Shown: in pieces, positions 49,950-60,166 of the stretch
How positions within the stretch are numbered: the stretch's first letter is position 1
How the letters are laid out: each line of letters begins with the position of its first letter
IMG/VR virus record: IMGVR_UViG_3300046007_008038
Origin: an uncultured virus (IMG/VR IMGVR_UViG_3300046007_008038)
Lineage: Duplodnaviria > Heunggongvirae > Uroviricota > Caudoviricetes
Reading direction: 5' to 3' (one strand)
Length of the DNA stretch: 64,000 bases
The notes under the pieces: generated by a model
Databases searched by the model: none
Told to the model about the DNA's origin: nothing
Seen by the model: the letters and a program-made list of their open reading frames with translations, nothing else
Translations under genes and position numbers: made by a program

Positions 49950-50267
49950 ATGTTTAAGCTAACTTTTCTGAGTAAGGAAAACGATCTTAATAAAATTCTC
50001 AGAAACCAAAAAAAGAACAAGGATACCATAAATCTTTTGTTTATATCACTTTGGGATAAGCATTGTAATATCCTAGTAGATAAACTAAAAGAAAAGTATA
50101 AGGATGACTTAGGTGAAGAGGTATTTGTTATTGACAGCTTTCATATGCCGCATAGCTTTGTAATTTATGAAGTTGTCAAAACACCTCAATTGGTAGTTGT
50201 TGGAAAAGATAAAACTTATTTAGAGAAATACTTACCTAAAATTTATGAATACTTCAATCTTGATTGA
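49950..50267 (+). CDS. thioredoxin-fold-like protein lacking the first active-site Cys
   Basis: LLFISLWDKHC..L, VIDS, YEVVKTPQLVV (cis-Pro pattern). Confidence 0.5.
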   Translation: MFKLTFLSKENDLNKILRNQKKNKDTINLLFISLWDKHCNILVDKLKEKYKDDLGEEVFVIDSFHMPHSFVIYEVVKTPQLVVVGKDKTYLEKYLPKIYEYFNLD

Positions 50268-50604
50268 GGGTATCATTTTTAGACTCTAAATAATTTTTAA
50301 TTTTAGAATCATATCGCTTATTTTTTGTATACAACAGCTTTAAATTATGAACGATTATTGTCGTGAAATAATTGAAAGCTGTTCCTTTTTTGTTATTAAA
50401 ATTTGGGAGAGTTTTTAATATTAGAACAAAGCAATCTTGCTTTGCATCATCTTTATCTAGTTTAAATTTAAAAGACTCTATTATATTATTAATTAACAGA
50501 TCAAAATTTGCCATTAACTCATCTTCATATTTTTTAGGATTCTTTTTATAATCTCTAATTAATTTTTCAAATTCTTTATTATTTATGTAATTCTTTTCGC
50601 TCAT
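50254..50604 (-). CDS. gp55: late-transcription sigma factor, gp55-like
   Basis: NYINNKEF, DDAKQD, NFN..K..AFNYFTTII. Confidence 0.8.
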   Translation of the reverse strand: MSEKNYINNKEFEKLIRDYKKNPKKYEDELMANFDLLINNIIESFKFKLDKDDAKQDCFVLILKTLPNFNNKKGTAFNYFTTIIVHNLKLLYTKNKRYDSKIKNYLESKNDTLNQD

Positions 50605-50620
50605 AGGCTATTATATTTAT

Positions 50621-51643
50621 ATGGACCTAGAAAAGCTTTATAAGGGTTTGGAGGTTGCTCCAGACAATCCTTTGTGTAGCGGGTGCGTAATTCTCACAAA
50701 GACAAAGCCATGCTATGCAGTTCTGGATTATGAACAACAGGACCAGTGTGATGTACTATTCCTCTCAGATTCATTAAAGTCTAGATTTGGAAAGACTTAT
50801 GCATTTACTGACTCTGAAGAGGAAATAATCAAGGAAGTTTTTAAACATCCTTTTGCGATGGCAGCATCTGTTAAATGCCCATCTGTCAAAGATGGGGATA
50901 TGAATCCTGCTAGTTTAAATGCATGCCGCAATCATTTAAATGCTACGATAGATAAAATTAAACCAAAGCTTGTTTTTGCGTGTGGAAATCTAGCTATGAA
51001 GATGTTACTTAAAAAGAGTGGCATTACAGATAAGCGTGGGAACTCTTATGATTTTGAGTCCCCTAATGGACACAAGTGTGTAGTAGTCCCTGTTTTGCAC
51101 CCTTATGCAATCATCCAAGAACCTAGACACAAGCCTGTATTTGAGAGTGATATCCTTAATGGATATAACAAACATATTCTAGGCAAGGTCAAACAGACTA
51201 AGATGGACTATGAATTGATTAAATCTATAAAGGATTTGACCAATTTTGCATACTGGTTGAAGACTTATCAAAAGCCAATTGCTTTGGATATAGAAACCAC
51301 GGGTCTAAATTTTCTTAAAGACAAAATCATGACCATTGCAATTGTGACTGATGAGAGATCAGCAGTCGTACCTATTTATCATAAGGAGTTTGATTGGACC
51401 TCTGTAGACGATTACACTGATCACGCAGAAGTATTTGATTTAGTTAGATATGGACTCAATAATAATGCTATCAAGGTTTTGCATAATGCTAAATTTGATC
51501 TTAAGTTTTTGAATCGTCATGGCGTAACTATCAATAAGGTAGCGGATACTAAAATGATGTCGCACATGGTCAATGAAGAAGGAAAAAACGCACTAAAAGA
51601 TTTGGTGAAACAGTACTTCCCTGAATACTTGGAGAAACTATAA
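50621..51643 (+). CDS. DNA polymerase part 1: family-4 UDG-like domain plus 3'-5' exonuclease motifs I-II
   Basis: CSGC, VKCP, ACRNHL..IKPKLV..G, HP; then ALDIETTGL, LHNAKFD, DT, LKDL. Confidence 0.85.
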   Translation: MDLEKLYKGLEVAPDNPLCSGCVILTKTKPCYAVLDYEQQDQCDVLFLSDSLKSRFGKTYAFTDSEEEIIKEVFKHPFAMAASVKCPSVKDGDMNPASLNACRNHLNATIDKIKPKLVFACGNLAMKMLLKKSGITDKRGNSYDFESPNGHKCVVVPVLHPYAIIQEPRHKPVFESDILNGYNKHILGKVKQTKMDYELIKSIKDLTNFAYWLKTYQKPIALDIETTGLNFLKDKIMTIAIVTDERSAVVPIYHKEFDWTSVDDYTDHAEVFDLVRYGLNNNAIKVLHNAKFDLKFLNRHGVTINKVADTKMMSHMVNEEGKNALKDLVKQYFPEYLEKL

Positions 51644-52137
51644 TGCTTGGTATTCAAAACCCAAATAAATTTGATTGGGAAAATATTTCATTGTCAGCCT
51701 GTGCCAATGGAAATTACTCAGATGCATACTACACTCTTCAAATCTATCATATCTTATATGAAAAAATGAAAGAGTTAAATATGGTCAATTTGTTTGATAA
51801 TATTATTGGTCCTTCAATTAAAGAATTTGCAGAGATTGAAGGAGCAGGCATTTTAGTATCAGAGCAAAAGCTGTCTGAAGTAGGTAAAGTTTTACGAGAT
51901 GCAAACATAGAAGCTGAAGATTTTCTCTATTCCTGTAAAGGTGTGCAAAAAACAGATAATCTATCCTCTAATAATAATCTAATAGAGATTTTGTACACTA
52001 GGGAGAATGCTTTAGAACTTTATCCACCGGACAAAACAACTAAAGGGTCTCCCTCTGTTTCAGCCCCTACACTAAACCTGTTGTTGGAATACATTAATCA
52101 GGAGTTAGAATCCCGTGTCAAAGTGGAAAAATCGTGA
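51643..52137 (+). CDS. DNA polymerase part 2: exonuclease motif III and thumb
   Basis: NYSDAYYTLQIY, EIEGAGILV, NLSS..L.EILY, TTKGSPSV. Confidence 0.8.
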   Translation: MLGIQNPNKFDWENISLSACANGNYSDAYYTLQIYHILYEKMKELNMVNLFDNIIGPSIKEFAEIEGAGILVSEQKLSEVGKVLRDANIEAEDFLYSCKGVQKTDNLSSNNNLIEILYTRENALELYPPDKTTKGSPSVSAPTLNLLLEYINQELESRVKVEKS

Positions 52138-53227
52138 AGAACATAAGGATATTGCCAAATCGGTTATATCCAGTAAGAGTGTTGAAGAACTGCGTGATGC
52201 AAAGAAGTTCATTGAAGGATTGCTAGAACTTCGTAAGTCTGAAAAGCTAGAGAAGACTTATATCCAAGGAACAAAAGCTGCCATTGAATACAATGGGATA
52301 AATAAAGTTTTTGTTGATTTTAGATTTGATGGAACTGCTACAGGCCGTCTATCTTGTGCAGCCTATTCTGCTAAAGAAGATATGGGAGTATCCTTCCATA
52401 CTCTGCCTAGAGACACCAAGCACAATATTAGATCTATCTTCGTAGCACCTAAGGATTGGGCTTTTATAACCGTGGACTACTCAGCCATGGAACTAAGAGT
52501 CTTGGCTCACATTGCCAAAGAGAAGATTATGCAAAAGGCATTCTTAGAAGGTGCTGATCTGCATACTTATACTGCGGAACTCCTGTTTAATAAAAAGAAT
52601 ATTTCTAAGGAAGAACGGCAGATTGCAAAAACTGTATCATTCTTGATTGTATATGGAGGCGGAGCCTTCAACCTGTCTGAGACTATGGGAATCCCTTTAA
52701 AGAGGGCTGAGAAAATCATTGATAACTACAGAAAGGTTTACCCCGGAATCTTCTCATACATGGAGTTTGTCAATAGATTTATCCGGGAGAATCATTACGC
52801 ATATACGATTTTTGGAAGAAGAAGAAATTTACCTGATGTTAGATCAGAAGATCAAACTGTAGTAAACAGGGCACTTCGTCAAGGTTTAAATTTTACAATT
52901 CAAAGTACTGCATCAGATATTTTATTGTGCGGGTTACTAGGTTGTTGTAGAGAGTTTAGCCAAAAAGGTTTGCAAGCTAGACCCTGTGCTTCTGTGCATG
53001 ACAGTTTAGAAGTAATCTGTCCTCCTCACGAGGTCAGAAAAGTATTGGAGATTATCTACGAACAATTAGTAAATACGCCTCTAATAAAGAAGGTATTTAA
53101 TTTGGAATTTTCTGTTCCATTAAAAATTGATGCTGAAGTAGGTAGATCATTTGGTGATGGGAAGGAAGTCCATTTTAATAATGGTGTACCTGAGAATGTT
53201 CCTGAACTTTTAGAGTATATAAAATGA
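52115..53227 (+). CDS. polA: DNA polymerase part 3: family A palm/fingers
   Basis: TATGRLS, motif A DYSAMELR, motif B RQIAKTVSFLIVYG, NFTIQSTASD, motif C VHDS; GGAG RBS before GTG. Confidence 0.92.
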   Translation: MSKWKNREEHKDIAKSVISSKSVEELRDAKKFIEGLLELRKSEKLEKTYIQGTKAAIEYNGINKVFVDFRFDGTATGRLSCAAYSAKEDMGVSFHTLPRDTKHNIRSIFVAPKDWAFITVDYSAMELRVLAHIAKEKIMQKAFLEGADLHTYTAELLFNKKNISKEERQIAKTVSFLIVYGGGAFNLSETMGIPLKRAEKIIDNYRKVYPGIFSYMEFVNRFIRENHYAYTIFGRRRNLPDVRSEDQTVVNRALRQGLNFTIQSTASDILLCGLLGCCREFSQKGLQARPCASVHDSLEVICPPHEVRKVLEIIYEQLVNTPLIKKVFNLEFSVPLKIDAEVGRSFGDGKEVHFNNGVPENVPELLEYIK

Positions 53228-53904
53228 TAATAGATTGTTTAGATAAAGGCTATGTTCAAAGTATTTCACAATATGAAAATGGGGATTTACTCGTTGTTAA
53301 TGCGGCGAGATGTTCATTTGATAAAGAACATGATATTTTTGATGAAGCAAAAGATACTAAACTTATACATTATCTTGCACAACACGGGCATCTTTTACCA
53401 TTTAGACATCCCCACGCAACTTTCAGGATACACTGCCCTATTTTTGTCCTTAGGCAATTAGGTAAGCATCAAGTAGGTTTTAGTTGGTCGGAAGTTTCTA
53501 GACGATATATAAGTACAGAGCCTGAATTTTATTCTCCCAACGAGTGGAGATTAAAAGCTCCTAATGTTAAACAAGGTAGTTCTGAGGAAATATCAAATAT
53601 TAGCGACTTATACAAACAAGATTCAGATTTTGTAAATAAAACAGCTTTACAATTTTATTCTCTTATGATAAAAGAGGGTGTTTGTGCTGAACAAGCTAGA
53701 ATGATACTGCCTCAATCAATGTATACTACTACTGTTGTTACCGGAAGTTTGTTAGGATGGAATCATTTATATAAACAAAGAACTGATTCTCATGCTCAAA
53801 AAGAAACCCAAGAATATGCCAAAGCCATAGGAAGCATATTAGAGAAGTTTTATCCAGTAAGTTGGAAAGCTTTATGTGATGAAAAAAACACAGATAATCG
53901 GTGA
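53224..53904 (+). CDS. thyX: FAD-dependent thymidylate synthase
   Basis: VNAARCSF, H..PF.H, RQL.KH..GFSWSEVSRRY, EQARMILPQ, HAQKE. Confidence 0.93.
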   Translation: MIIDCLDKGYVQSISQYENGDLLVVNAARCSFDKEHDIFDEAKDTKLIHYLAQHGHLLPFRHPHATFRIHCPIFVLRQLGKHQVGFSWSEVSRRYISTEPEFYSPNEWRLKAPNVKQGSSEEISNISDLYKQDSDFVNKTALQFYSLMIKEGVCAEQARMILPQSMYTTTVVTGSLLGWNHLYKQRTDSHAQKETQEYAKAIGSILEKFYPVSWKALCDEKNTDNR

Positions 53905-54868
53905 CATACATCTTGATGATAAATATAATGGATATTTAGATTTTCAAGTTGAATCAATAAAAAAGATAATAGATTGTGAAAATTCACAGGATATTATTTT
54001 TTTAGGAGATCTTTTTGAAAAAAGATCACCAAGTCCTAGAGTATTATTGGCCTTACAATCAATATTAGATTATATTCCTAGAGATAAAAAAGTTTATCTT
54101 TTAAGAGGTAATCATTGTTCACAAACAAAAGCTGATGATGGGTTGACAGCACTTTCATTGTTTGAGTATAAAAGAAATGTTACTGTAATAAAGCATACTA
54201 GGTCTATCAATGGCTATACCTTCATCCCTCATTACGAAAATGAAAGAACTATTATCGACGATCTTGGAAGGGTTCCTGATTCTGATATCGTTTTGGGTCA
54301 TTTTGGGTATAATGGTTGTCTTAACCCTATGGGGGACCCTGATTTTACTATTTCATTGGATATGTTTACCAATCCAACTTTTCTGGGACATATTCACCAC
54401 TTCAAAGAAGCAGGGAATGTAGCTATAGTAGGGACTCCATATACTACATCTTTTCAAGAAGCTAATAAAGATAGTTTTTATGCTGTAGTAGATTCAAAAG
54501 GAAAGTATAAAATAAAACCAATTAATTTTGGTATTCGTCATTTAATTATGGATTTAAATTCTGTTGTTGAAAACAAGGAATTCATAGAAAATGATAATTA
54601 CTTTACTTTGCTTAGAATAATGGTCAATACTTTAGATAAAGATCAAGATAATTTAAGAGAGGTTTTAGATCATATTAAACCTATGTATGTGGATGTAAAG
54701 TATAAACCAGTGGTTGATGAAAATAAACCTCAAAGTAGTTACAATCCAGAACAAATAATAACTAAAGTTGATGAAGCTTTGATAGAGGATTATATTAATA
54801 ATACTAACACTACATTAAGTAAGCAAGAATTACTTGATGGCTTAAAAATAATAAATGAAAATCAATAG
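53876..54868 (+). CDS. gp47: recombination nuclease gp47 / SbcD-Mre11-like
   Basis: GDIH, GDLF, GNH, GH, GHIH metallophosphoesterase motifs. Confidence 0.88.
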   Translation: MMKKTQIIGDIHLDDKYNGYLDFQVESIKKIIDCENSQDIIFLGDLFEKRSPSPRVLLALQSILDYIPRDKKVYLLRGNHCSQTKADDGLTALSLFEYKRNVTVIKHTRSINGYTFIPHYENERTIIDDLGRVPDSDIVLGHFGYNGCLNPMGDPDFTISLDMFTNPTFLGHIHHFKEAGNVAIVGTPYTTSFQEANKDSFYAVVDSKGKYKIKPINFGIRHLIMDLNSVVENKEFIENDNYFTLLRIMVNTLDKDQDNLREVLDHIKPMYVDVKYKPVVDENKPQSSYNPEQIITKVDEALIEDYINNTNTTLSKQELLDGLKIINENQ

Positions 54869-56480
54869 AATAGAAATAAAAAATTTTTACTCGATTAGAG
54901 ATATCAAAATTAATTTTGATAACCATAGTGGGATAGTTTTAATCGAAGGAAAAAATAAAGACATTGGTGGCTCAAATGGTTCTGGTAAGAGTTCCATAAT
55001 CGAGGCTGTTGTCTGGGGTATCTTTGGGAGAACCATCCGTAAATCTACAGAAGAAGCTCTAATCAATGTGTATGATAACAAGAATTGCTCCGTTGAGATA
55101 ACGCTGAACAATAACATGATCATACGCAGGAGTAAAAAACCCACCTTTCTTAAGTTTTTTTTGGGAGAGGTTGATAAGACTCAAGAAAGTAGTTTAAAAA
55201 CACAAGAGCTTATCGAATCAGTTTTAAACATAAATTATAAAACATTTTTAGCATCTACTGTTTTTGGGCAACACAATAATGTAGATTTTATTGATGCCAC
55301 TCCAGAAGATAAACGATCAATAATAAAAAACTTTTTAAATTTAAATGAAATATTCGATAAAAGAGATTCTGTAAAGGATCTTAAATCGAAGTATAATACA
55401 GAAATAAAAACACTTGAGGCTTTAATTCAAGATTCTAAAATATCGTTAGAAAAATTAAACAAGCAAATTGAATCTGTAGAAGTAGGTAAGCAAGAATTTT
55501 TTCAGGAAAATAATATAACTGAAGAAAAATTAATTAAACTTAGCCTAGATGAGATCCTAAAAATAGAAGAGGATATTAAACTTCAAACTGCTATCTTACA
55601 AAATATTAATAATAAAGTTTTTACTGAAGAACGAGAATTAGATGATTATTTGAAGAAATTAAAATTCTATAAAGAAAATAAACCTAAAACATGTAAAGCT
55701 TGTGGAGTTTCATCTAAGCCTAATGTAACAGAAAAAGATATTTTACAGTTAGAAAAAAGTATAGAGGATGCAAAAGAGAGTTTAGATAGGCAGACAGAGA
55801 AAAAAGAAAAAATTGAAACTTACATAGGAGAATTAAAAGAAAAAATACCCATACCTTCCAGTAAGTATAAACTAATAGCAGAACTAAATGAATTACACTC
55901 TAGAAAAGAATATTTACAAATATCTAAATCTGAAATAGAGGAAAAGATTGATTTTTTAAATAATGATAAAGCTAAATTATTAAGAAATTTAGAGATAATG
56001 AAGTTTTGGGAAAAAGCTTTCTCGGAAACAGGATTAATAAAATACATTATTAGAAATATCCTTAACTTTTTTAATGGTAGAATTAACTATTATCTTTCTT
56101 ATTTATCAAATGGAAAATTCTTTATTAAATTTGACGAAGAATTAAACGAGAAAATCTATACAAATCGAAAAGAGTTGTCTTTTATATCCTTATCTGGTGG
56201 TGAAAAGCGTAAAATAAGCCTAGCAGTAATGTTAGGATTACAAAGTTTACTCACTAATACTAAAAGAGATAGCACTAACTTAATGTTTTTGGATGAAGTT
56301 GGTGAAAATTTAGATCAGGATGGTTTAGATGGACTCTACATACTACTATCCGAACTAAAGAAAGATAAGACTTTATTTATAATAACACATAACAATTATC
56401 TAAAATCGTTAATAGATAATTGTAAAGTCTTAACAGTAACAAAACAAAACGGTGTATCGTATCTATCAAGGAGATCTTAA
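54855..56480 (+). CDS. gp46: recombination ATPase gp46 / SbcC-Rad50-like
   Basis: GSNGSGKS, zinc hook CKAC, LSGGE, FLDE, ITH. Confidence 0.92.
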   Translation: MKINRIEIKNFYSIRDIKINFDNHSGIVLIEGKNKDIGGSNGSGKSSIIEAVVWGIFGRTIRKSTEEALINVYDNKNCSVEITLNNNMIIRRSKKPTFLKFFLGEVDKTQESSLKTQELIESVLNINYKTFLASTVFGQHNNVDFIDATPEDKRSIIKNFLNLNEIFDKRDSVKDLKSKYNTEIKTLEALIQDSKISLEKLNKQIESVEVGKQEFFQENNITEEKLIKLSLDEILKIEEDIKLQTAILQNINNKVFTEERELDDYLKKLKFYKENKPKTCKACGVSSKPNVTEKDILQLEKSIEDAKESLDRQTEKKEKIETYIGELKEKIPIPSSKYKLIAELNELHSRKEYLQISKSEIEEKIDFLNNDKAKLLRNLEIMKFWEKAFSETGLIKYIIRNILNFFNGRINYYLSYLSNGKFFIKFDEELNEKIYTNRKELSFISLSGGEKRKISLAVMLGLQSLLTNTKRDSTNLMFLDEVGENLDQDGLDGLYILLSELKKDKTLFIITHNNYLKSLIDNCKVLTVTKQNGVSYLSRRS

Positions 56481-58381
56481 TGATTACGCAATTAAATAAA
56501 CTAGGTCAAGAAATTTTCGAAGCTCGCTATGCTTATCCCGGAGAGACTAAGTGGTCTGATAGAGCAAAAGCAATATCTAAAGTAATCGCTTCTGCTGAAA
56601 AAGACGATGAAAAGGAAAGGGTCGAGAGAGCCTTCTATGAAGCTATTGCATCTGGAGACTTCATTCCCGGAGGTAGAATTATTTACGGCTCAGGTAGAAG
56701 CCGTAGACAGAATCTGCTAAACTGTTTTGTCATCATACCAGAGGATAATGTTGATTCAATTGGAAAAACTGTAATGGATATGTATCGTATATCCTGTGCA
56801 GGAGGAGGGGTTGGATTTAATGTTAGTAAAATTAGACCCCGTGGTGATGATATAGGAAATGTTGCTAATTCTGCCCCCGGAGCAGTTTCCGTCCTACAAA
56901 TGATCAACGAAGTAGGAAACCATGTTCGTGCAGGAAAGAATCGTAGAACTGCTCTAATGGGTATTCTGAATGTAACTCATCCAGATATTCTTGAGTTCCT
57001 TCATGTTAAATTAGATCAAAAGCAATTAACTAATTTTAATATCTCAGTAGCTATTACTAATAGATTCTTAGAAGCTATTGAGTTTAATGAACCTTGGCAT
57101 TTTACATTTAATAACAAGGAATATCATTGTTATGATGTAATTAGATTTAATACTGACCAGAACAGAAGAGAAAATATAACTGTTGTTGCTTTAAATGAGC
57201 AAGATGCAATTGCTCGTGCAAATAATTTCCATAAGCAACATTGGATGGATCAATTTGAGGTTGTTGGGAAGCAAGACTTCCGTGCTAGAGATTTATGGAA
57301 TAAGATTTGGACTAACGCTGTTGAAAGCGGGGATCCGGGTATTTACAATATTGATCTAGCTAATAGTTATACTAATGTTTCTTACTTCGAAAAGTTGGAT
57401 TCAACTAATCCATGTGGAGAAATTAGTTTACCTAGTTATGGTAATTGCTGCTTAGGTAATATTAACTTAAGCAATATGGTTACTGAAAACGGACAGGATG
57501 TAGATTGGAAGCGACTAGCAAAGACAATAAGAACAGGTGTTCGATTCTTGGATAATGTTCTTACTGTAAATTCATTCCCAACAGAAGAATGCAAGCAAGT
57601 AGGGGAGCGTTCTCGTAGAATCGGGTTGGGTGTAACAGGGTTACACTATATGCTAATCAAGCTCGGTATACGGTATGGATCAGAGAAATGCTTGGAGTTC
57701 CTAGAAAGACTATTCTCAACAATCCGTGACGAGGCTTATATGCAATCGGTATATCTAGCCAGAGACAAGGCTCCATTCCCTGCATTTGAATCTGGTCTAT
57801 ACTTAAGAGAAGAATTTGCCAAGACACTCCCAGCTAGAATCCGTATGTTAATCAAGAGATATGGTATTCGTAATGCTGTAATGCTTACAATACCACCTTG
57901 TGGTACAATTTCTATGTTGCATGGTGTATCAAGCGGAATCGAACCTATTTTTGCTGCCATGTATCATCGTCGTTGGAGACATGCGAATGTTTGGAAGGAA
58001 GAAGTTGTAGTGGACCCCTTGTTCCAAGAGTACTATAACCAAAATAAAAAGTTAGATGTATTCGTGGGTGCTTACGATGTAACTCCAGAAGAGCATATTA
58101 AAGTACAAGCTACAATTCAAAAGTATATTGATTCCTGCATAAGTAAAACAATTAACCTACCAGCATCAGCCAAGCCTGAAGATTTTAATCAATCTTCTTT
58201 GGAATATGCACAATACTTGAAGGGGTTAACTGTATATCGTGCAGGTTCTAAGGGGCAAGAACCACTAGCAGCAATCCCACTCACTACTGAAAATATTGAA
58301 AAATACATGAAAACTTCAGTAGAGACTGGCGTAGCTGATGGACAAGCGTGTTCTATGGTTGGAGGAGGCTGTGGTGCCTGA
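56480..58381 (+). CDS. nrdJ: ribonucleotide reductase, probably class II (adenosylcobalamin-dependent)
   Basis: PGGR, NCFV, GGGVG, TNPCGE, CCLG, RRIGLG, ISKTIN, C-terminal Cys pair; no ATP cone, no beta subunit in window. Confidence 0.75.
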   Translation: MITQLNKLGQEIFEARYAYPGETKWSDRAKAISKVIASAEKDDEKERVERAFYEAIASGDFIPGGRIIYGSGRSRRQNLLNCFVIIPEDNVDSIGKTVMDMYRISCAGGGVGFNVSKIRPRGDDIGNVANSAPGAVSVLQMINEVGNHVRAGKNRRTALMGILNVTHPDILEFLHVKLDQKQLTNFNISVAITNRFLEAIEFNEPWHFTFNNKEYHCYDVIRFNTDQNRRENITVVALNEQDAIARANNFHKQHWMDQFEVVGKQDFRARDLWNKIWTNAVESGDPGIYNIDLANSYTNVSYFEKLDSTNPCGEISLPSYGNCCLGNINLSNMVTENGQDVDWKRLAKTIRTGVRFLDNVLTVNSFPTEECKQVGERSRRIGLGVTGLHYMLIKLGIRYGSEKCLEFLERLFSTIRDEAYMQSVYLARDKAPFPAFESGLYLREEFAKTLPARIRMLIKRYGIRNAVMLTIPPCGTISMLHGVSSGIEPIFAAMYHRRWRHANVWKEEVVVDPLFQEYYNQNKKLDVFVGAYDVTPEEHIKVQATIQKYIDSCISKTINLPASAKPEDFNQSSLEYAQYLKGLTVYRAGSKGQEPLAAIPLTTENIEKYMKTSVETGVADGQACSMVGGGCGA

Positions 58382-58851
58382 TGCCTATCTACGAATACAA
58401 CTGTGAAAATTGTATGATTATTTGGGAGTCAGAAGCTCGTATAGGCAAGGCTCCCAAAAAAATCAAATGTAAACAGTGCAAAGCTAAATGTGAAAGATAT
58501 TTCTGTGAAATAAATTTTAGTTTTGGCGATGATGGTTGTGGTGGAGCAGCTAATAAAGGTGCTATGGATTTCTACACAGTAAAGCAAAGGTATCGTAAAT
58601 TTGCTGCAAAGGGATTTGACAAGGATTCAGCTAATAAATTCTTAAAAAGATCCATAGCAGAGTCTGGGGAAAGACTTTCCCAAAAAGAAGGTAGATATAA
58701 ACAAGTAAGTTTTAATTGGGAAAAAATGGCTAAAGATGGAGTAATTAAAAAGTTGTCTGATAAGGAGACTTCAGAAAAAATTGAAAGGTCAAGAAAAATA
58801 ACCGAGGATATCTCTAATAGACATACTTCTGTAACCAAGAAGAAGAAGTGA
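58381..58851 (+). CDS. FmdB-type zinc-ribbon protein
   Basis: MPIYEYNCENC...CKQC; ATG overlaps the RNR stop. Confidence 0.7.
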   Translation: MPIYEYNCENCMIIWESEARIGKAPKKIKCKQCKAKCERYFCEINFSFGDDGCGGAANKGAMDFYTVKQRYRKFAAKGFDKDSANKFLKRSIAESGERLSQKEGRYKQVSFNWEKMAKDGVIKKLSDKETSEKIERSRKITEDISNRHTSVTKKKK

Positions 58852-58852
58852 A

Positions 58853-60166
58853 ATGGCATACCAATTCAACGAGAACATTCAACGGGCAATACTTTATTTC
58901 CTCAAGTCCAACAACGATTTCTATCTACAAATCGTAGGACTTGTAAAACCTCAGTATTTTGAGTTTCCTAGTCACAGTAAGATTTTTACTGTAGTCCAGT
59001 CTTACTATGATAAATATCATACACTACCATCAGATGTATTTATCTTAGAAGATCTTAAGAAAGATCTTGGATCTAGAGAACATATCTCAGATTATGAAGA
59101 TGAGTTAAATTATATTAACTCCTTGGATACTTCAACAATCAATAATTCAGAATATGTTGTTGATTTGATTGAATCGTTTGCCAAGAAAGAAGCTATGAAA
59201 GCTGCTATTGCAGAAAGCATCCTTCTAATCAAGGAGAACAAGGTTGAGCAGGTTGAGGAATTAGTAAGGAAGGCACTTCTAGTTGGTAAAACAGTAGATA
59301 TTGGGCAAGATTATTTTACTGATTTTTCTGATCGCTGGACTAGAACTTTTAGTAAGGATAAAACATCGGTAAAATTTAGAACTGTATTCCCTTCAATAGA
59401 TAAATCTTTGGAAGGCGGATTAGGTTCTAAGGAGCTAGCCATGGTTGTTGCACCCCCCGGAGTAGGCAAGTCTCTTTATCTAGTTAATCAAGGTGTTCAA
59501 GCTCTGATTGACGGCCACAATGTGCTCTATATTTCTCTTGAAATGAGTGAAGATAAGATTGCACAGAGGTTTGATTCAATCATGACTCTAGTCCCCCAAG
59601 CTAAGTTGAAAGATCCTAAGCATCAACTAACTGTAAAGGAACGATTGGATAAGTTTCAGACTGTGTTCAAAGGTAAATTGGTTATTAAAGAATACCCAAC
59701 TTTGATGGCATCAGTCAATACAATTAGAAGTTTACTTGTTCAACTTAAGAATCATAATGATTTTGTCCCACAAATTATTATTATTGATTATCTTGAACTA
59801 TTGCGTTCCACTAGAGATATTCAACATGAGTATCAAGCCCAGCAACGAATTGCAGAAGAACTTCGTGGTTTAGCCATGGAACAAGATATTTTAATTTGGA
59901 CTGCGACACAAACTAACCGCCAAGGTAGAATGCGTAGTATTATCACGGATGTCGAGCTTGGAGATTCTTATGGTAAAATTCGCCCTTGTGATTTCTCCAT
60001 GTCTTTAAACCAGACTGAAGAAGAATTTGATAATGGTATGATGAGAGTATATATTATGAAGTCTAGAAACGGGGTCCCTAGATTTACGGTTCCAGCTAAA
60101 GTAGACTATAACATTCTTCGAATGTCAGAGTGTGATGACCCTGTAAGGAGTATAGAAAATGAGTGA
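58853..60166 (+). CDS. gp41: replicative DNA helicase gp41 / DnaB-like
   Basis: APPGVGKS, ISLEMSE, IIIDY, WTATQTNR, KSRNG. Confidence 0.92.
   Translation: MAYQFNENIQRAILYFLKSNNDFYLQIVGLVKPQYFEFPSHSKIFTVVQSYYDKYHTLPSDVFILEDLKKDLGSREHISDYEDELNYINSLDTSTINNSEYVVDLIESFAKKEAMKAAIAESILLIKENKVEQVEELVRKALLVGKTVDIGQDYFTDFSDRWTRTFSKDKTSVKFRTVFPSIDKSLEGGLGSKELAMVVAPPGVGKSLYLVNQGVQALIDGHNVLYISLEMSEDKIAQRFDSIMTLVPQAKLKDPKHQLTVKERLDKFQTVFKGKLVIKEYPTLMASVNTIRSLLVQLKNHNDFVPQIIIIDYLELLRSTRDIQHEYQAQQRIAEELRGLAMEQDILIWTATQTNRQGRMRSIITDVELGDSYGKIRPCDFSMSLNQTEEEFDNGMMRVYIMKSRNGVPRFTVPAKVDYNILRMSECDDPVRSIENE

Noticed and set aside
50621..58381. Inteins or group I introns in polymerase or RNR
   Set aside because: No intein termini, homing-endonuclease motifs or non-coding gaps.
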